A stretch of 63,594 nt of DNA, the filler included, from Octopus bimaculoides (Eukaryota), in NCBI RefSeq assembly GCF_001194135.2. It is 4 parts of 3 records of this genome, joined end to end, with 100 filler letters (N's around TTAATTAATTAA, not from the genome) between each part and the next. Parts side by side here need not be neighbours in the genome. Positions count along the whole stretch, not along the records: positions 38,140 to 55,804 come from NC_069008.1; positions 55,905 to 63,594 come from NC_068981.1; 2 more parts are not named here. One strand, given 5' to 3'. The notes beneath the pieces were generated by a model. It ran no database searches. It was not told the DNA's origin and worked only from the letters and a program-made list of their open reading frames with translations. The position numbers and the translations under genes are program-made. Shown one piece after another: positions 51,876 to 63,594 of this stretch (position 1 is its first letter; each line of letters begins with the position of its first letter).

Positions 51876-52281
51876 AAGCTGAGAAATTCTAATTCTTACT
51901 TTTCAACATGATTCAGAAAGCTATGTCTGTCTGTCTGTCTGTCCATCCACCTGTCAATCCATTTATCTGTCTGTCTGCAAACAGTAGGAAAGCATAAATT
52001 CTAAATATAGTTCGTACTTTGTGCTCAACAGCTGTTTCGTTAACATCATCCCAAATTTATATGTGTGTGTGAGTGTGCACATGTTTGTGTATGTGCGTAT
52101 GCGTTTATCACAAAGACTCCAGCTTCAATAGCAGCTGAAAAATAATCAGCAGAAGACATGAGAGAAGGAGACCTCAACGTGGTCACTCTACATACTAGAA
52201 ATAATAGCCTAAATTTCCTTCGATCTACACCCTTCCAACTGCTTCTAATGTGCATCTGCCCAAATGTAGAAGTGTGTTTAA

Positions 52282-52503
52282 CCCTTTTGTTATCAACCCG
52301 GCTGAAACCACTTCTGGCTCTGTAGTACAAATGTCTTGTTTTCATAAGTTCTCAATTAAAATCTTCCACCAAACCTTAGTCACAATTTATGTTCCTAACA
52401 CTAGCTTAATGATAACAAAGTTATTTTACTAAATTCTTTGTTATATTTAAAATTAATTGAAAGAAACACAGAGCATCTCAACAGGAATAGAGTAACGAAA
52501 GGG
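52282..52503. mobile_element. piggyBac-like MITE (222 bp)
   Basis: ttaa|cccttttgttat ... gtaacgaaaggg|ttaa. A further right end (tatcgaaaggg ttaa) is at ~46045-46056. Confidence 0.75.
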
Positions 52504-53359
52504 TTAATCCTTTATCTGTGAAATTAAATTTCCTGGTTATTATAAACAAACATCTTATCCATTCAGCCATATACCTACATGCTTGTATATGAATATGTGG
52601 ATGTACATAGACAAATAGGCAGACAGACAGAGAAATATCTAATTACATAATTGTTATACATAATTTAAATGAAGTTAAATCAATCAAGTGTCAATATTAT
52701 AGGATAATACATTTGTTGGTGTTTATCTTAATGAAACAGCTGTTGATCACCATTAAAATACGATGAGCTATATGTAAGGAAAGCAAAAATTGTCTGTGTG
52801 TATATGCAGAAAAGCTTATGAATGTGTGTATGTGTGAAATTTATACTTTTCTGCATGCAGAAAAGCATATGAATGTATATATGTATATGTATGTGTGTAT
52901 ACACATACATACGTGTATATATACACCAATACATAATGGTGCCATAAATGTTTTTGTTCAGGTGTGTATATAAACACACTTTATTATATATGTTTCTTTT
53001 TAAACAAATTTTGTTTTTATAATGTTATTTTTATTTCAAACAATAAAGTTTTACACCAAATTCCAGTTGTTTCTTTTTTTATATTTTTTAAATGGTTTTT
53101 TTTTTGTTGCCATCACCATCATTGTCCTTGTGACACCCAAGTTTTTCATGCTGGCATGGGTTGTTGGTCAATGCTAATCAAGACATTATTCTATGGTTGG
53201 GTCCACCGCTACGTTCTGAGTTCAAATTTTGCCAAGGTCAACTTTTCGTTTTGTCCTTCTAGAGTCGATAAATTGAGTACCAGTGAAAAACTAGGGTCAA
53301 TATAATTGACTATCCCCCTTCCCCACAAAATTTCAGGCCTTGTGCCTATAATAGAAATG

Positions 53360-53395
<36 letters not shown>

Positions 53396-53397
<2 letters not shown>

Positions 53398-53660
53398 CAC
53401 CTGGATTAGGCGTAGACCGAGGAGGGGTGCTTGGCACCTCGAGTGCTGTCAAGCACTCACAGCTCTCCGCCAGGTGGGCAATGTGGCCGGTAGTAGTTCC
53501 ACTCTAGCGTTCTATAGGGGCTTAGTGGAGGGGAAAGTGTGACAACATTCTCGGGGAAATTCTGGGCAACGATGAAGATCGACTAACCGGTCTGTTTCAG
53601 AGACCTTTTGGGCCTGGGCCTCTGGATAACTTCCAGAAATCCCTTGCCTGGCAGTGCTAC
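53396..53660 (+). mobile_element. Tx1-like LINE internal fragment
   Basis: Homologous to 25120-25370 (FYRGLVE.K, gataacttccagaaatcccttgcctggcagtgctac). Confidence 0.75.
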
Positions 53661-54242
53661 TGATAACGAAGTTATTTTACTAAACTCTTTGTTATATTTA
53701 AAATTAATTGAAAGAAACACAAAGCATCTCAACAGAAATATGGTAACGAAAGGGTTAATAAGAAAAAAATAATCAGCAGAAGACATGAGAGAAGGAGACC
53801 TCAGTGCGGTCATTCTATATGCTAGAAATAATAGCCTAAAGTTCCTTCAATCTACATGCTTCCAACTGCTTCTAATGTGCAAATGCCTAAATGTAGAGGT
53901 GTGTTTAACCCTTTCGTTACCAACCTGGCTGAAACTGCCCTTGGCTCTGTACTACAAATGTTTTGTTTTCAAAAGTTCTCAATTAAAATCTTCAACCAAA
54001 CCTTAGTCACAATTTATGTTCCTAACACTAGCCCATGTACAGGTACCATATAAAAATATCCATGTTGGTACTGCGTAAAAGTACCCAGTCCACTCTGTAA
54101 GGTGTTTAGCAATAGAAAGGGCATCCAGCCATAGAAACCATGCCAAAAACAGACATGGAGCCTCGGCAGCTCTTCAGCTGACCAGCTCCTGTCAAACCGT
54201 CCAACCTATGCCGGCATTGAAAACGGACGTTAAGCTTCCAAA

Positions 54243-55035
54243 CTAGAGTCTCACTACTGAAGGCAGCTTCTAAATCGTACCTAGGACAATAGTGTAAAAT
54301 TATTAATATCACATTTCGTATGTGTATTTCGTGTGCAAGATTCTTGATGTGGATACGTGTGTTGAAAGAAATATAATTAAACCTTGGGAGAGGCATTGGT
54401 TGCGTTTCAGTTATGAGGACCGACTCCTGTATTTGTCGCAACGATGCGTCACCGGGGTGTCTAGACAAGATTTCTATGTTAACTCTGTCCAGTACACCAC
54501 CATGTTGTTCTTTGGCATGCTGGTAGAGCACCGAGGTTTGTTTTTGATTATTATAGTCCCTCCAATGGTGAGTGTAAAAACAGAAACACGACATACATAG
54601 GTGAGACGGCAAGAAGTTTGGCTGAGCGTGTAAACGAACATTGGAGGGACTATAATAATTTCGAAACAACGCCAGATCATATATTCAAAATAAATGGAAG
54701 TGGAGAGACAAGTTACTGAAGAGATTGCAAGAGTGCAATGAAATAATTTAACAAAAAACTATATAAATTAATAAAGGACTGAACCAGTGCGTGTGTTTAT
54801 TACCGGCATAATGCCTCTCCCAAGGTTTAATTGTATTAATATCACATATTTCCTGAATGTGTGCTTTGTTTCACATCCAGGAAAGTTCCCTTTTAAAGAC
54901 ATATATAGTGTTATTAAACACGGTATTCTTCGCAGCTCAGGAAAGCGAAATGTCCCAGAAGTGAAGACGAGATCGGCTGATTTCGTTGCCTCGCACTTGC
55001 CTCACTTCCGGAAACGAAGTCCGAAGTATATATAA
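54243..55035. mobile_element. Penelope-like element remnant: GIY-YIG endonuclease split by an inversion
   Basis: + strand 54570-54659 reads ECKNRNTTYIGETARSLAERVNEHWRDYNN. The - strand from 54567 leftward reads HWRDYNNQKQTSVLYQHAKEQHGG...EILSRHPGDASLRQIQESVLI. A 21-bp perfect inverted repeat marks the junction. Confidence 0.8.
54712..54752 (+). ncRNA. Degenerate hammerhead ribozyme motif in the PLE remnant
   Basis: gtta-CTGAAGA-g-ATTGCA(agag)TGCAAT-GAAA-taatt-taac. Stem II is a perfect 6 bp and stem I is gtta/taac; the C expected before GAAA is missing. Confidence 0.5.
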
Positions 55036-55269
55036 ATCATGTAAAAACTGTTTGCTGATTTGCAATCGCGTCGTACAAAAAGAATAAATTCAAATTATGC
55101 GTTGGAAGCAGCTCAACAAACAATCGACTACACCGACTAGTGGGAACTTCTACAACGGTGATACGGCAACTGGAAGTCACCGGTTTATGCCACTCCCCTT
55201 CCTCCCTCGTCTGCAATACAGTCTCGCCAATAAACTGACACGTTGCTCTCTCTCTCTCTCCCACTTTCT

Positions 55270-55580
55270 TTCTCGTTTTCCCTCCTCCTCCTTGTAGTTT
55301 TCCACTCCCTCTTCCTCACTATCTCTCCTTCTACTTCCCTATAGTTCTTCTACTCCTTCTTCCTCTCTCTTTCTCCACCTCCCTCTAGTTTTCTACTCCT
55401 TCCTTCCTTCTCTCTCTTTCTCCATCTCCCTCTAGTTCTTCTACTCCTTCTTCCTCTCTCTCTCTTTCTCCACCTCCGTCTAGTTCTTCTACTCCTTCCT
55501 TCCTCTCTCTCTTTCTCCACCTCCCTCTAGTTTTCTACTCCTTCCTTCTCTCTCCCTTTTACTCTGCCTCAGTTCTTCTT
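55270..55580. repeat. Polypyrimidine tandem repeat (~42-bp unit, ttctactccttcttcctctctctttctccacctccctctagt)
   Basis: At least 5 degenerate units; the + strand is almost entirely C/T. Confidence 0.85.
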
Positions 55581-56020
55581 GGCGTATCTTCCCAGAGAGA
55601 AAGCCACGCTACACATCAACACTTGTTAATTATAATTAATTAATTAACTAACAGGTAAGTGAACACAACAATACTTCTGTTTCCTTGTGACATTATGAAG
55701 TTCTGGTGCTTGCACGACTTGTTCATTATACACACACACACACATATATATATATACATTTATGTATATATGATGCTATGAACATGTATATATATATATA
55801 TATANNNNNNNNNNNNNNNNNNNNNNNNNNNNNNNNNNNNNNNNNNNNTTAATTAATTAANNNNNNNNNNNNNNNNNNNNNNNNNNNNNNNNNNNNNNNN
55901 NNNNTATATATATATAGTTTATATGTGGGTTAACAAAGCAACTAATGGTTTTATGCAACTAGATCTTCACAATTGTTTAAGCGTGCCACATGGCAGTGTT
56001 GGTACTTGGCTCCATATATG

Positions 56021-56057
<37 letters not shown>

Positions 56058-57239
56058 TCAGATGAATATGATACTTAAAGTTGAGGTACCAGAATTTAGT
56101 ACGGTATTATCCATGCAATTTCAAAACAAGGTGATTAGAATCAAAATAAACAACAAGGATATCCAGAGGTAATGCAGTACGATCGTTTCACACAACTCCA
56201 TTTAACTGAACATCGATTTAAATGCATACATATATGGCTGGCAATGTGTGGAGGCGCAGGCGTGGCTGTGTGTGGTAAGAAGCTTCCCAACCACGTGGTT
56301 CCGGGTTCAACCCCACTGTTTGGCACCTTGAGCACGTGTCTTCTGCTAAAGCCTCAGGCTGACCAAAGCCTTGTGAGTGGATTTGATAGACGAAAACTAA
56401 AAGAAGTCCGACGTATGTGTGTATGTGTGTGTGTGTATATGAATGCGTATGTGTTTGTGTGTCTGTGTTTGACCCTGACACCATCGCTTGACAACCGATG
56501 TTGGTGTGTTTACATTTTACCCCAATGTCACTTTGATGGCATGCACTGCTATCTCACTCAATAACGATAATATTAATTTCTTAATTATTATCATTACTGA
56601 TGAGATCATGAAGGACAATATCGAAGGACGATAATAACAGACCAATAGAATAAGTACTGGGCTTACAAAGAATAAGTCCTAGGACCGATTTCTTCGACTA
56701 AAAAAGCCGGTGCTCCAGCATGGGTGCAGTCAAATTACTGAAACAAGTAAAAGAATATATATATGTATCATACATATATAGTGATAGACTTCCATCATAT
56801 ATAAAAAAATATACAGAAAACGAAAAGGAAAAATGGTTTAAAAACAATAGAAGCAACCTTTCCTGGTTTCAAATGACTCACCAAATAGTTACAAGGGTAA
56901 TGAGACAGTGGAGGGGGAGGGTACCAAGTAGGNNNNNNNNNNNNNNNNNNNNNNNNNNNNNNNNNNNNNNNNNNNNNNNNNNNNNNNNNNNNNNNNNNNN
57001 NNNNNNNNNNNNNNNNNNNNNNNNNNNNNNNNNNNNNNNNNNNNNNNNNNNNNNNNNNNNNNNNNNNNNNNNNNNNNNNNNNNNNNNNNNNNNNNNNNNN
57101 NNNNNNNNNNNNNNNNNNNNNNNNNNNNNNNNNNNNNNNNNNNNNNNNNNNNNNNNNNNNNNNNNNNNNNNNNNNNNNNNNNNNNNNNNNNNNNNNNNNG
57201 AGTGAATAGCGGGAGGTGTGGGTGTGGGGTGGGGTGGTT

Positions 57240-57790
57240 GATTTGTCCTTTCCAGGACCGTCAGCTACCACCACCACTACCACCACCACCACTACTACCA
57301 TTACCCCCACCAACACCGGTACTAACATCACCCCTACCACCACCACCATCCCTATCACAACCACCATCGTACAACTATCACCATTATCATCATCATCACC
57401 TCCGTCACCGCCACTAATCACCAACACCCAACACTACTTACTATAACCACTTCGCATCTATCTTCCCACCTCCCACCGCCAGCCCCGGTTCCTAGCATCG
57501 GCCATCATTACCGCCAACACCATCACTTCCGCTGCCACCTCCACCATTGCCCGCGCAGCGCCACCGCCCTCGTCACCTTCACCGCCACAGTCAATCTGCA
57601 TCACCTCTGACGTCGCCGCATTCTCTGCACCGTCGCTTCCACGCTCCGTCGTCGTCGTCTCTTTCTTTCCTCCTCCTCCTTCTCTTCCCCCATCCTCTGT
57701 ACTCGCGTGGCATGGCTTCTTCTTTTGTCTGGGCGAAACTAATAATAATAATAATAACAATAATAATAACAACAACATGGCGACGACGAC
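57240..57790. repeat. ACC/GCC/GTC low-complexity trinucleotide tract (similar tracts at 47545-47886, 38530-38775 and 61870-62120)
   Basis: Visible simple repeats; these produce spurious poly-T/P/H/M ORFs. Confidence 0.85.
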
Positions 57791-58584
57791 GAAAAGAGAG
57801 AAAGACCAAACAAACAGAAGAGGACTTAAATATCAACGGCTGTGAAATTTAAAGAAAATAATTACCCTCTACCACCACCACCATCAATACCACTATTGAT
57901 GATACCAATCATCGCAAGCATCAACATTATTATATTGCACAATCAGCACTACTTGTACCATCGGCACCACCAACACCACCACCATCGATTGCATTACTAC
58001 TGCCACTACCACCATCATTATTATCGTCCTTCGATATTGTCCTCCATGATCTCGCTCAGTAATAATAATAATAAAGAAATTATTATTATCATTATTGGAG
58101 TAAAATATACGAAGCACAATATACCCATGACTACCTTTCTGGTAAGGGTACACCAGGCTCATGCACGCAAACCATATGAGCCTGACATGGTGATCTCATA
58201 TCAAGATAAACAGAGCATGACCTCGCAGGTGAGGCCCAGTTAGAATTTTCTTCAGGTCGAGTAGCCCACCTCGCTCAAAAGATCCCTGAACAAGGTTTGT
58301 TTAAGGATGTTGAACGAGACACCCATGTTTCCAGAGTTAAACCATTCAAACCCCAAGGAATTTTTCTCGACACATGGCTATGATGCTGTCCCACTAATTC
58401 TGATCGTGATCAGAGATGCACATATCGTCAGCCACTAAGTGACATGCTCAACTGGTTGAGGTCCAGCAACCGACAAACAAATCTGTAGTATTGAGCAGAA
58501 TATTTGCTGTAGCCCATCTTTTATACCAAGACAAAACATGTACATGATAACACTTCCAATCAATTAGGATCAAAAGCCATGAGA

Positions 58585-58797
58585 TGGCGGCGAGCTGGCA
58601 GAAACGTTAGCACACCGGGCGAAACGCTTCGCAGTATTTCATCAGTCATTACGTTCTGAGTTCAAATTCCGCCACGGTCGACTTTGCCTTTCATCCTTTT
58701 GGGGGTCGATAAACTAAGTACCAGTAGCGTACTGGGTCGATCTAATCGACTGGCTCCCTCCCCCAAAATTTCGGGCCTTGTGCTTAGAGTAGAAAAA
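58585..58797 (+). mobile_element. tRNA-derived SINE family A (~215 bp), full-length with a 17-bp TSD; other copies at ~703-1036, 11350-11575, 14120-14535, 26806-27020, 28548-28930, 29530-29700, 41655-41770, 47420-47545 and 53200-53360
   Basis: A-box-like TGGCAGAAACG and B-box GAGTTCAAATTCC; TSD GATCAAAAGCCATGAGA at 58568-58584 and 58798-58814. Confidence 0.85.
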
Positions 58798-59063
58798 GAT
58801 CAAAAGCCATGAGAGCCAATGCCTGGTACTGCATCAGAGCATTTATTATTATTATTATTACTAGCATTATTATAATTGCATAGGATCACTCAAAATGCTA
58901 GAAAAAAAATCGACAAATATCCTTTTAATTTCAACTGGGGGTCCATATGGCCCCTGAAGTAAATTGAGGTTCTACAAAAGTATTTTAAGGGCCCCTGAAA
59001 AAAATTTGCTTTCGATGTAAACTTGTTTCTTTCTCCAACATTTTACATAGTTCAACATACATA

Positions 59064-59216
59064 GGCGCAGGAGTGGCTGTGTGGTAAGTAGCTTGCTTAC
59101 CAACCACATGGATCCGAGTTCAGTCCCACTGCGTGGCACTTTGGGCAAGTGTCTTCTACTATAGCCGACCAAAGCTTTGTGAGTGGATTTGGTAGGCTGA
59201 AACTGAAAAGCCCGTC

Positions 59217-59255
<39 letters not shown>

Positions 59256-59495
59256 CGTGTGTGTGTGTGTGTGTGTATCTTTGTGTGTCTGTCTTTTCCC
59301 CCACCCCAACATCGCTTGACAACCGATGGTGGTATGTTTACGTCCTCGTAACTTAGCGGTTCGGCAAAAGAGACCGCTAGAATAAGTACTAGGCTTACAA
59401 TGAATAAGTCCTGGGGTTGATTTGCTCGACTAAGGGCGGTGCTCCAGCATGGCCACAGCCAAATGACTGAAACAAGTAAAAGAATAAAAAGAATA
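59064..59495 (+). mobile_element. tRNA-derived SINE family B (~430 bp, internal (TA)/(TG) microsatellite); other copies at ~1790-2530, 10060-10450, 11900-12270, 33170-33560, 40780-40986, 43040-43410, 44020-44185, 45300-45725, 48495-48640, 56252-56760 and 61225-61385
   Basis: Head ggcgcaggagtggctgtgtggt (A-box), gagttcagtccc (B-box), a ttgggcaagtgtcttctactatag core, and a gactgaaacaagtaaaagaata tail, recurring on both strands. Confidence 0.85.
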
Positions 59496-60854
59496 CACAA
59501 GGGAATGTGTAAATAACAAAATAGAAATTTAAAAAGAAGTATCTATAAAACTTGTTTTTAGACATCGAACGGTTACGGGATCTACCAGAATGAAATAGAC
59601 ATCAAAGAGATCAATAGATCAATAAATGGTTGAGAATCCCTGCTTTAAATAATACCGAACCGTATTTTACAAAAAAAAAAAAAAGTCACATTGGAATATG
59701 TAGTTCTAGATACACGCGTGGAGATGATGGCCATGGGTGAAATAGCTTTGATCAAAGGTTTTATTCAGTCTGATAATCGGAACATCCACATCGTCATCAT
59801 CTGTAACACCAACATCGACAACAAAAAGTCTACGAGAGAACACCTCCGTGGCTTTTTAGCCTGTTAGAAATAGGAGTTAAGCTTCTCTCGAGCCGAACCT
59901 TACTTTCTTAACCTAGACTCTATCGTGAAAACACAAAAGCAAAAACTACCCTCACCAACACCGCCGTCAATCGAATGGTCATTGCTGGAATGTCTTTGGT
60001 CATTGATTGGTTCGATCAAAGTCATCGATTTAATTAATGCTAACCATCCTCATATTTTGTCCCCCAGTTATGATAAACCTCGTAACCTCACTTTGAAACT
60101 TACGATCGTGAATAACAACTCCCAAGCCCTGAATTTCTAGCAATGACATTTGGACAGATGATCTTGCATCTCCCCCCACCCACCCATTTATAAGGGCCAG
60201 TGAGAGGGAGAACTTCAGCCAGCACAACGATCTGGAGCTCACAAAGCTAAAGAGAGGGCCCATGACAATTTCTACTTCCTCCCCTTTTTTTCTCTCTCTA
60301 CCACTCTTTTCATGCCTGGCCTTATAGCCCTTCTTATTTTCAGTTTCGTTTTCCTGTCGTGTTTTCTGTTCGCCACTATATTCCTCCGCATTACAAATTT
60401 AATTTGTTTCCGCGGGTAGAGCGATTCTAACAATGCGTCCTACCCTAAATCTTCGAAACGCTTAGTTTTAGAATGGTGGCAGCTGATGAAGGAAATGTTC
60501 TCTATGTGGCCTGTTTGTTTTCTGTGCTCTGTTTATGTTCTGTTTCTCATTTTGTCCACGTTTTTTTTTATGACGTCCTGTACCCAGATATGCATCTATA
60601 TATACATGTAGATGTAGGTATGTACATACATGTACATATATATGCATATACTCACATATTATATATATATATAGGGAAAATTCACAAAAAAACAACAGGT
60701 GGTGTAGACAACAAACAGATGTATTAGTATAACGCTCGAGAAGTGAAAAAGTCTTAACGTTTCGAGACTACGCTCTTCCACAGAAAGGAACACAGAAGGA
60801 AACAAGGAGAGAAAATAAAGAATGTGTAGTGGCTAACGATCTATCATGGCGAAT

Positions 60855-60885
<31 letters not shown>

Positions 60886-61164
60886 GAAACGCGGAGTAAA
60901 TAAAACAGGGGACAACTGATGAAGGGAATGGTCTTTATGTTGCTTGTCTCATTTCTCTAATTGTTTCTTTCGTTGCTCGAAAAAAGTTCGTTTTCTATGT
61001 TTTTGTTTTTTGTGTTCTCATTTATCATTTTGTTCACGTTTTTTTGACGTCCTGTACCTATATATGCATGTATATATATACATATGTATGTAGGTATGTA
61101 CATATATAAATATATGCATATATACATACATATATTATTTATATTATTTTAGTCTGGTATATTT

Positions 61165-61196
<32 letters not shown>

Positions 61197-61689
61197 AACA
61201 CACACACACACACACACATATACACATAACAGGCTTCTTTCAGTTTCCAGCTACCAAATCCACTCACAAAGCTTTGGTTGGCCCGAGGCTATAGTAGAAA
61301 ACTCTTGCCCAGGGTACCACGTAATAGGACTGAACCCGGAACCATGTGACAGGGAAGCAAGCTTCTTACCACAGAGCCACGTCTACGCATGCTATGTTAA
61401 TGTTGTTTTTTTTTTCCCAATGAGCCATCACGTTTTTGTGAGATAAAGTGGGGTGGGTTAACCTCCCAGAAATTTGCCTTGGTACTGAATGTGCTTTTAC
61501 CTCAAATATTTCGTACCTTTATGTGCGAATACTCTGTAACTGAGTGGATGATATTTTTATGTCTCCAGCATGGCTACCAGAGCGGTGCTCCAGTATGGCC
61601 GCAGTCAAACGGCTGAAACAAGTAAAAAAAAAAATAGATACATAGATTCCTATGTAATGAGCTCAGAAGAGGGTTTTCTCACCCGGAGG

Positions 61690-61860
61690 ACAATGACTTG
61701 GTCAGCTTGAAGCAAACTGATCGATATTTCGACATCGGATTTAAGCCGATCTTATGAAATCAATATTTTTCGTGTTCTCGTTGAGCCAGTTCTCTTGTAT
61801 GGCTTAGAAACATGGGCAGTTCCTATATGGGGCTTAAGGCTAGATAACTGCAGCGCCATT
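61690..61860 (+). mobile_element. RTE-like RT C-terminal fragment
   Basis: NIFRVLVEPVLLYGLETW resembles the F.A.VESVLLYG.ETW motif. Confidence 0.6.
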
Positions 61861-63594
61861 AACTTCACTTCCGATGTCATTAACACCACCAGCACCGTTT
61901 GTAACGGCACCGCTACCACCACCACCATATAGATCATCCCACCCACCACCATCTACCTCCGCCACCGCCTCCACCATCACCGCCTCCACCATCACCGCCT
62001 CCATTGTCTACACTACCATCACCGCCTCCATTGTCTACACTACCACCCTTATCATCTACTTCACCACCACCTCCAGCATCTATACCACAACCACCAGCGC
62101 AACCATATTCACAACTCTACCACTTACTCCACTATTCACAGCTATCGCTAAAAACAAACCAAAAAAGGAACCTCTAAATGGGTCACTGGAGCTGCTAGTA
62201 ATAGCAGCCAAATCACCATCAGAGCATTCCTGTTGTCTTTTAAAAAAAAAGCGAAGGATGAATACATTGGACATGTAATACCTAATCAATAAAAAGACAG
62301 GGACGGTCATAAACTGAAGTATCTTTCCTGTAGTCATAGGGTCTTTTAGTCATGTCAGATCTGGAGCTAAGCACTCACAAACATCACAGGAACGACAAGA
62401 ACGTCACTAACAATCGCACGAGAAACCACCATCAACGCTGCCGCCACCACCACCACCATCATCATTAACGTCATCTTCACACCATCAGAGATAATGTTTA
62501 CGACATCGAGAATTGCGACAGTGATGATTATGATGAAAATCTTAATAGATCTATAGAAATAAATGAGAAATTAGATAAATATCTCGTCACCACATATATG
62601 TATATATATTTAGAAACGAAGCTGCTTTTCGAAAAACACTATCGCCAGTTAATCCCGCCATCCATAAATATAAGCAAGCCTCTATTTATTTATCACTAAC
62701 CAACCAACCAACCAACCAACCAACCAACCAGCCAGCAAGCCAAACCAATCGCGATATTGGAGGCTGAACGACAGTATCGATAACGAAGGCAACAGAAATA
62801 ACAACCGCTGCAACGATCAATGACAAACTTTCTCTTTGAGCCAACGAATGAGCCTCAACGAAATCGCACAGCCAGCCAGCCAGCTAAAAATAGCAACTAA
62901 ATCTACCTCAACTCACGTAACCTACCACCATCTTTAAATACTATACAGCCGACATATTCGATAATGTAGTTGTGGATTCTTTATACATGAATGGGAAAAG
63001 AATGACTCTTTCTCTTAATCCATCACCAACACAGCCATATATATATATATATATATATATATANNNNNNNNNNNNNNNNNNNNNNNNNNNNNNNNNNNNN
63101 NNNNNNNNNNNNNNNNNNNNNNNNNNNNNNNNNNNNNNNNNNNNTATATATATGTATATATATATACATACATGCACACACATGCACCACTGACACTGCT
63201 AACTTTCCAGCCGTATCTGTCTATCATCACACCACCATCTCCATCCAAACTATTGCTACCAATATCCTCCCGCCATACTTACACCCCTTCCTTTCTGTCG
63301 CCCCACATTCCACTATTCATACTCAATTCACCCGACCCTGTCTAGGGATCAGCAATGGATATGGCGATGATGTTGTTGGTGACGGGGTTGATGGTGGTGG
63401 TGATGGTATTGAAAATTTTAATGGCAGTTTTGTTTGTTTGAGTTTATGGCTATTATCGCTCTTTATGACTAATATATGCAAATTTTATTAATGGAATTCC
63501 CAAATGCCTTTGCCTGTATGTTATGTTTTGTTTTTGTTTTTTGTGTGTGTTTTTTCGGGGGGTGGGGGTTGCGTTTAACTCCTACCGAATGGAT

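Noticed and set aside
60447-60925. CGAAACGC...CTGATGAAGG motifs (also 32985-33030 on the - strand) as possible permuted hammerheads
   Set aside because: GAAA precedes CUGAUGA, and I could not build convincing stems I-III. Probably PLE-derived ends, but no ribozyme call is supportable by eye.

Overview
AT-rich, microsatellite-dense animal genomic DNA from a gapped draft assembly. The SINE families and repeat landscape look like a coleoid cephalopod, most likely Octopus; this is inferred from repeat style, not from a database hit. One host gene is recognisable: the 3' half of WDR63/DNAI3 (WD40 intermediate chain of inner-arm axonemal dynein) on the + strand. It has 13 fully visible exons plus the 3' tip of a 14th emerging from an N gap, spanning 38422-51875, with consistent GT-AG sites and reading phase and about 510 visible codons. 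Its N-terminal exons were not found. The rest is mostly transposon debris: Tx1/L1-like, CR1/L2-like and RTE LINE fragments, near-identical R4/Dong-like restriction-endonuclease LINE ends inside (AAT)n arrays, a Tigger/pogo transposon with TIRs and TA TSD, a hAT non-autonomous element, TTAA-flanked piggyBac-like MITEs, tRNA-derived SINEs and Penelope-like elements (PLEs). The most unusual signal is a set of hammerhead-ribozyme motifs in PLE-type repeats. The best one is a ~310-bp element in a WDR63 intron combining a tRNA-like Pol III head, a complete minimal hammerhead core and a 61-nt antisense copy of that ribozyme. A circularly permuted local duplication and a long intronic hairpin are also notable. 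All protein-family assignments rest on recalled motifs, not on searches that were run.
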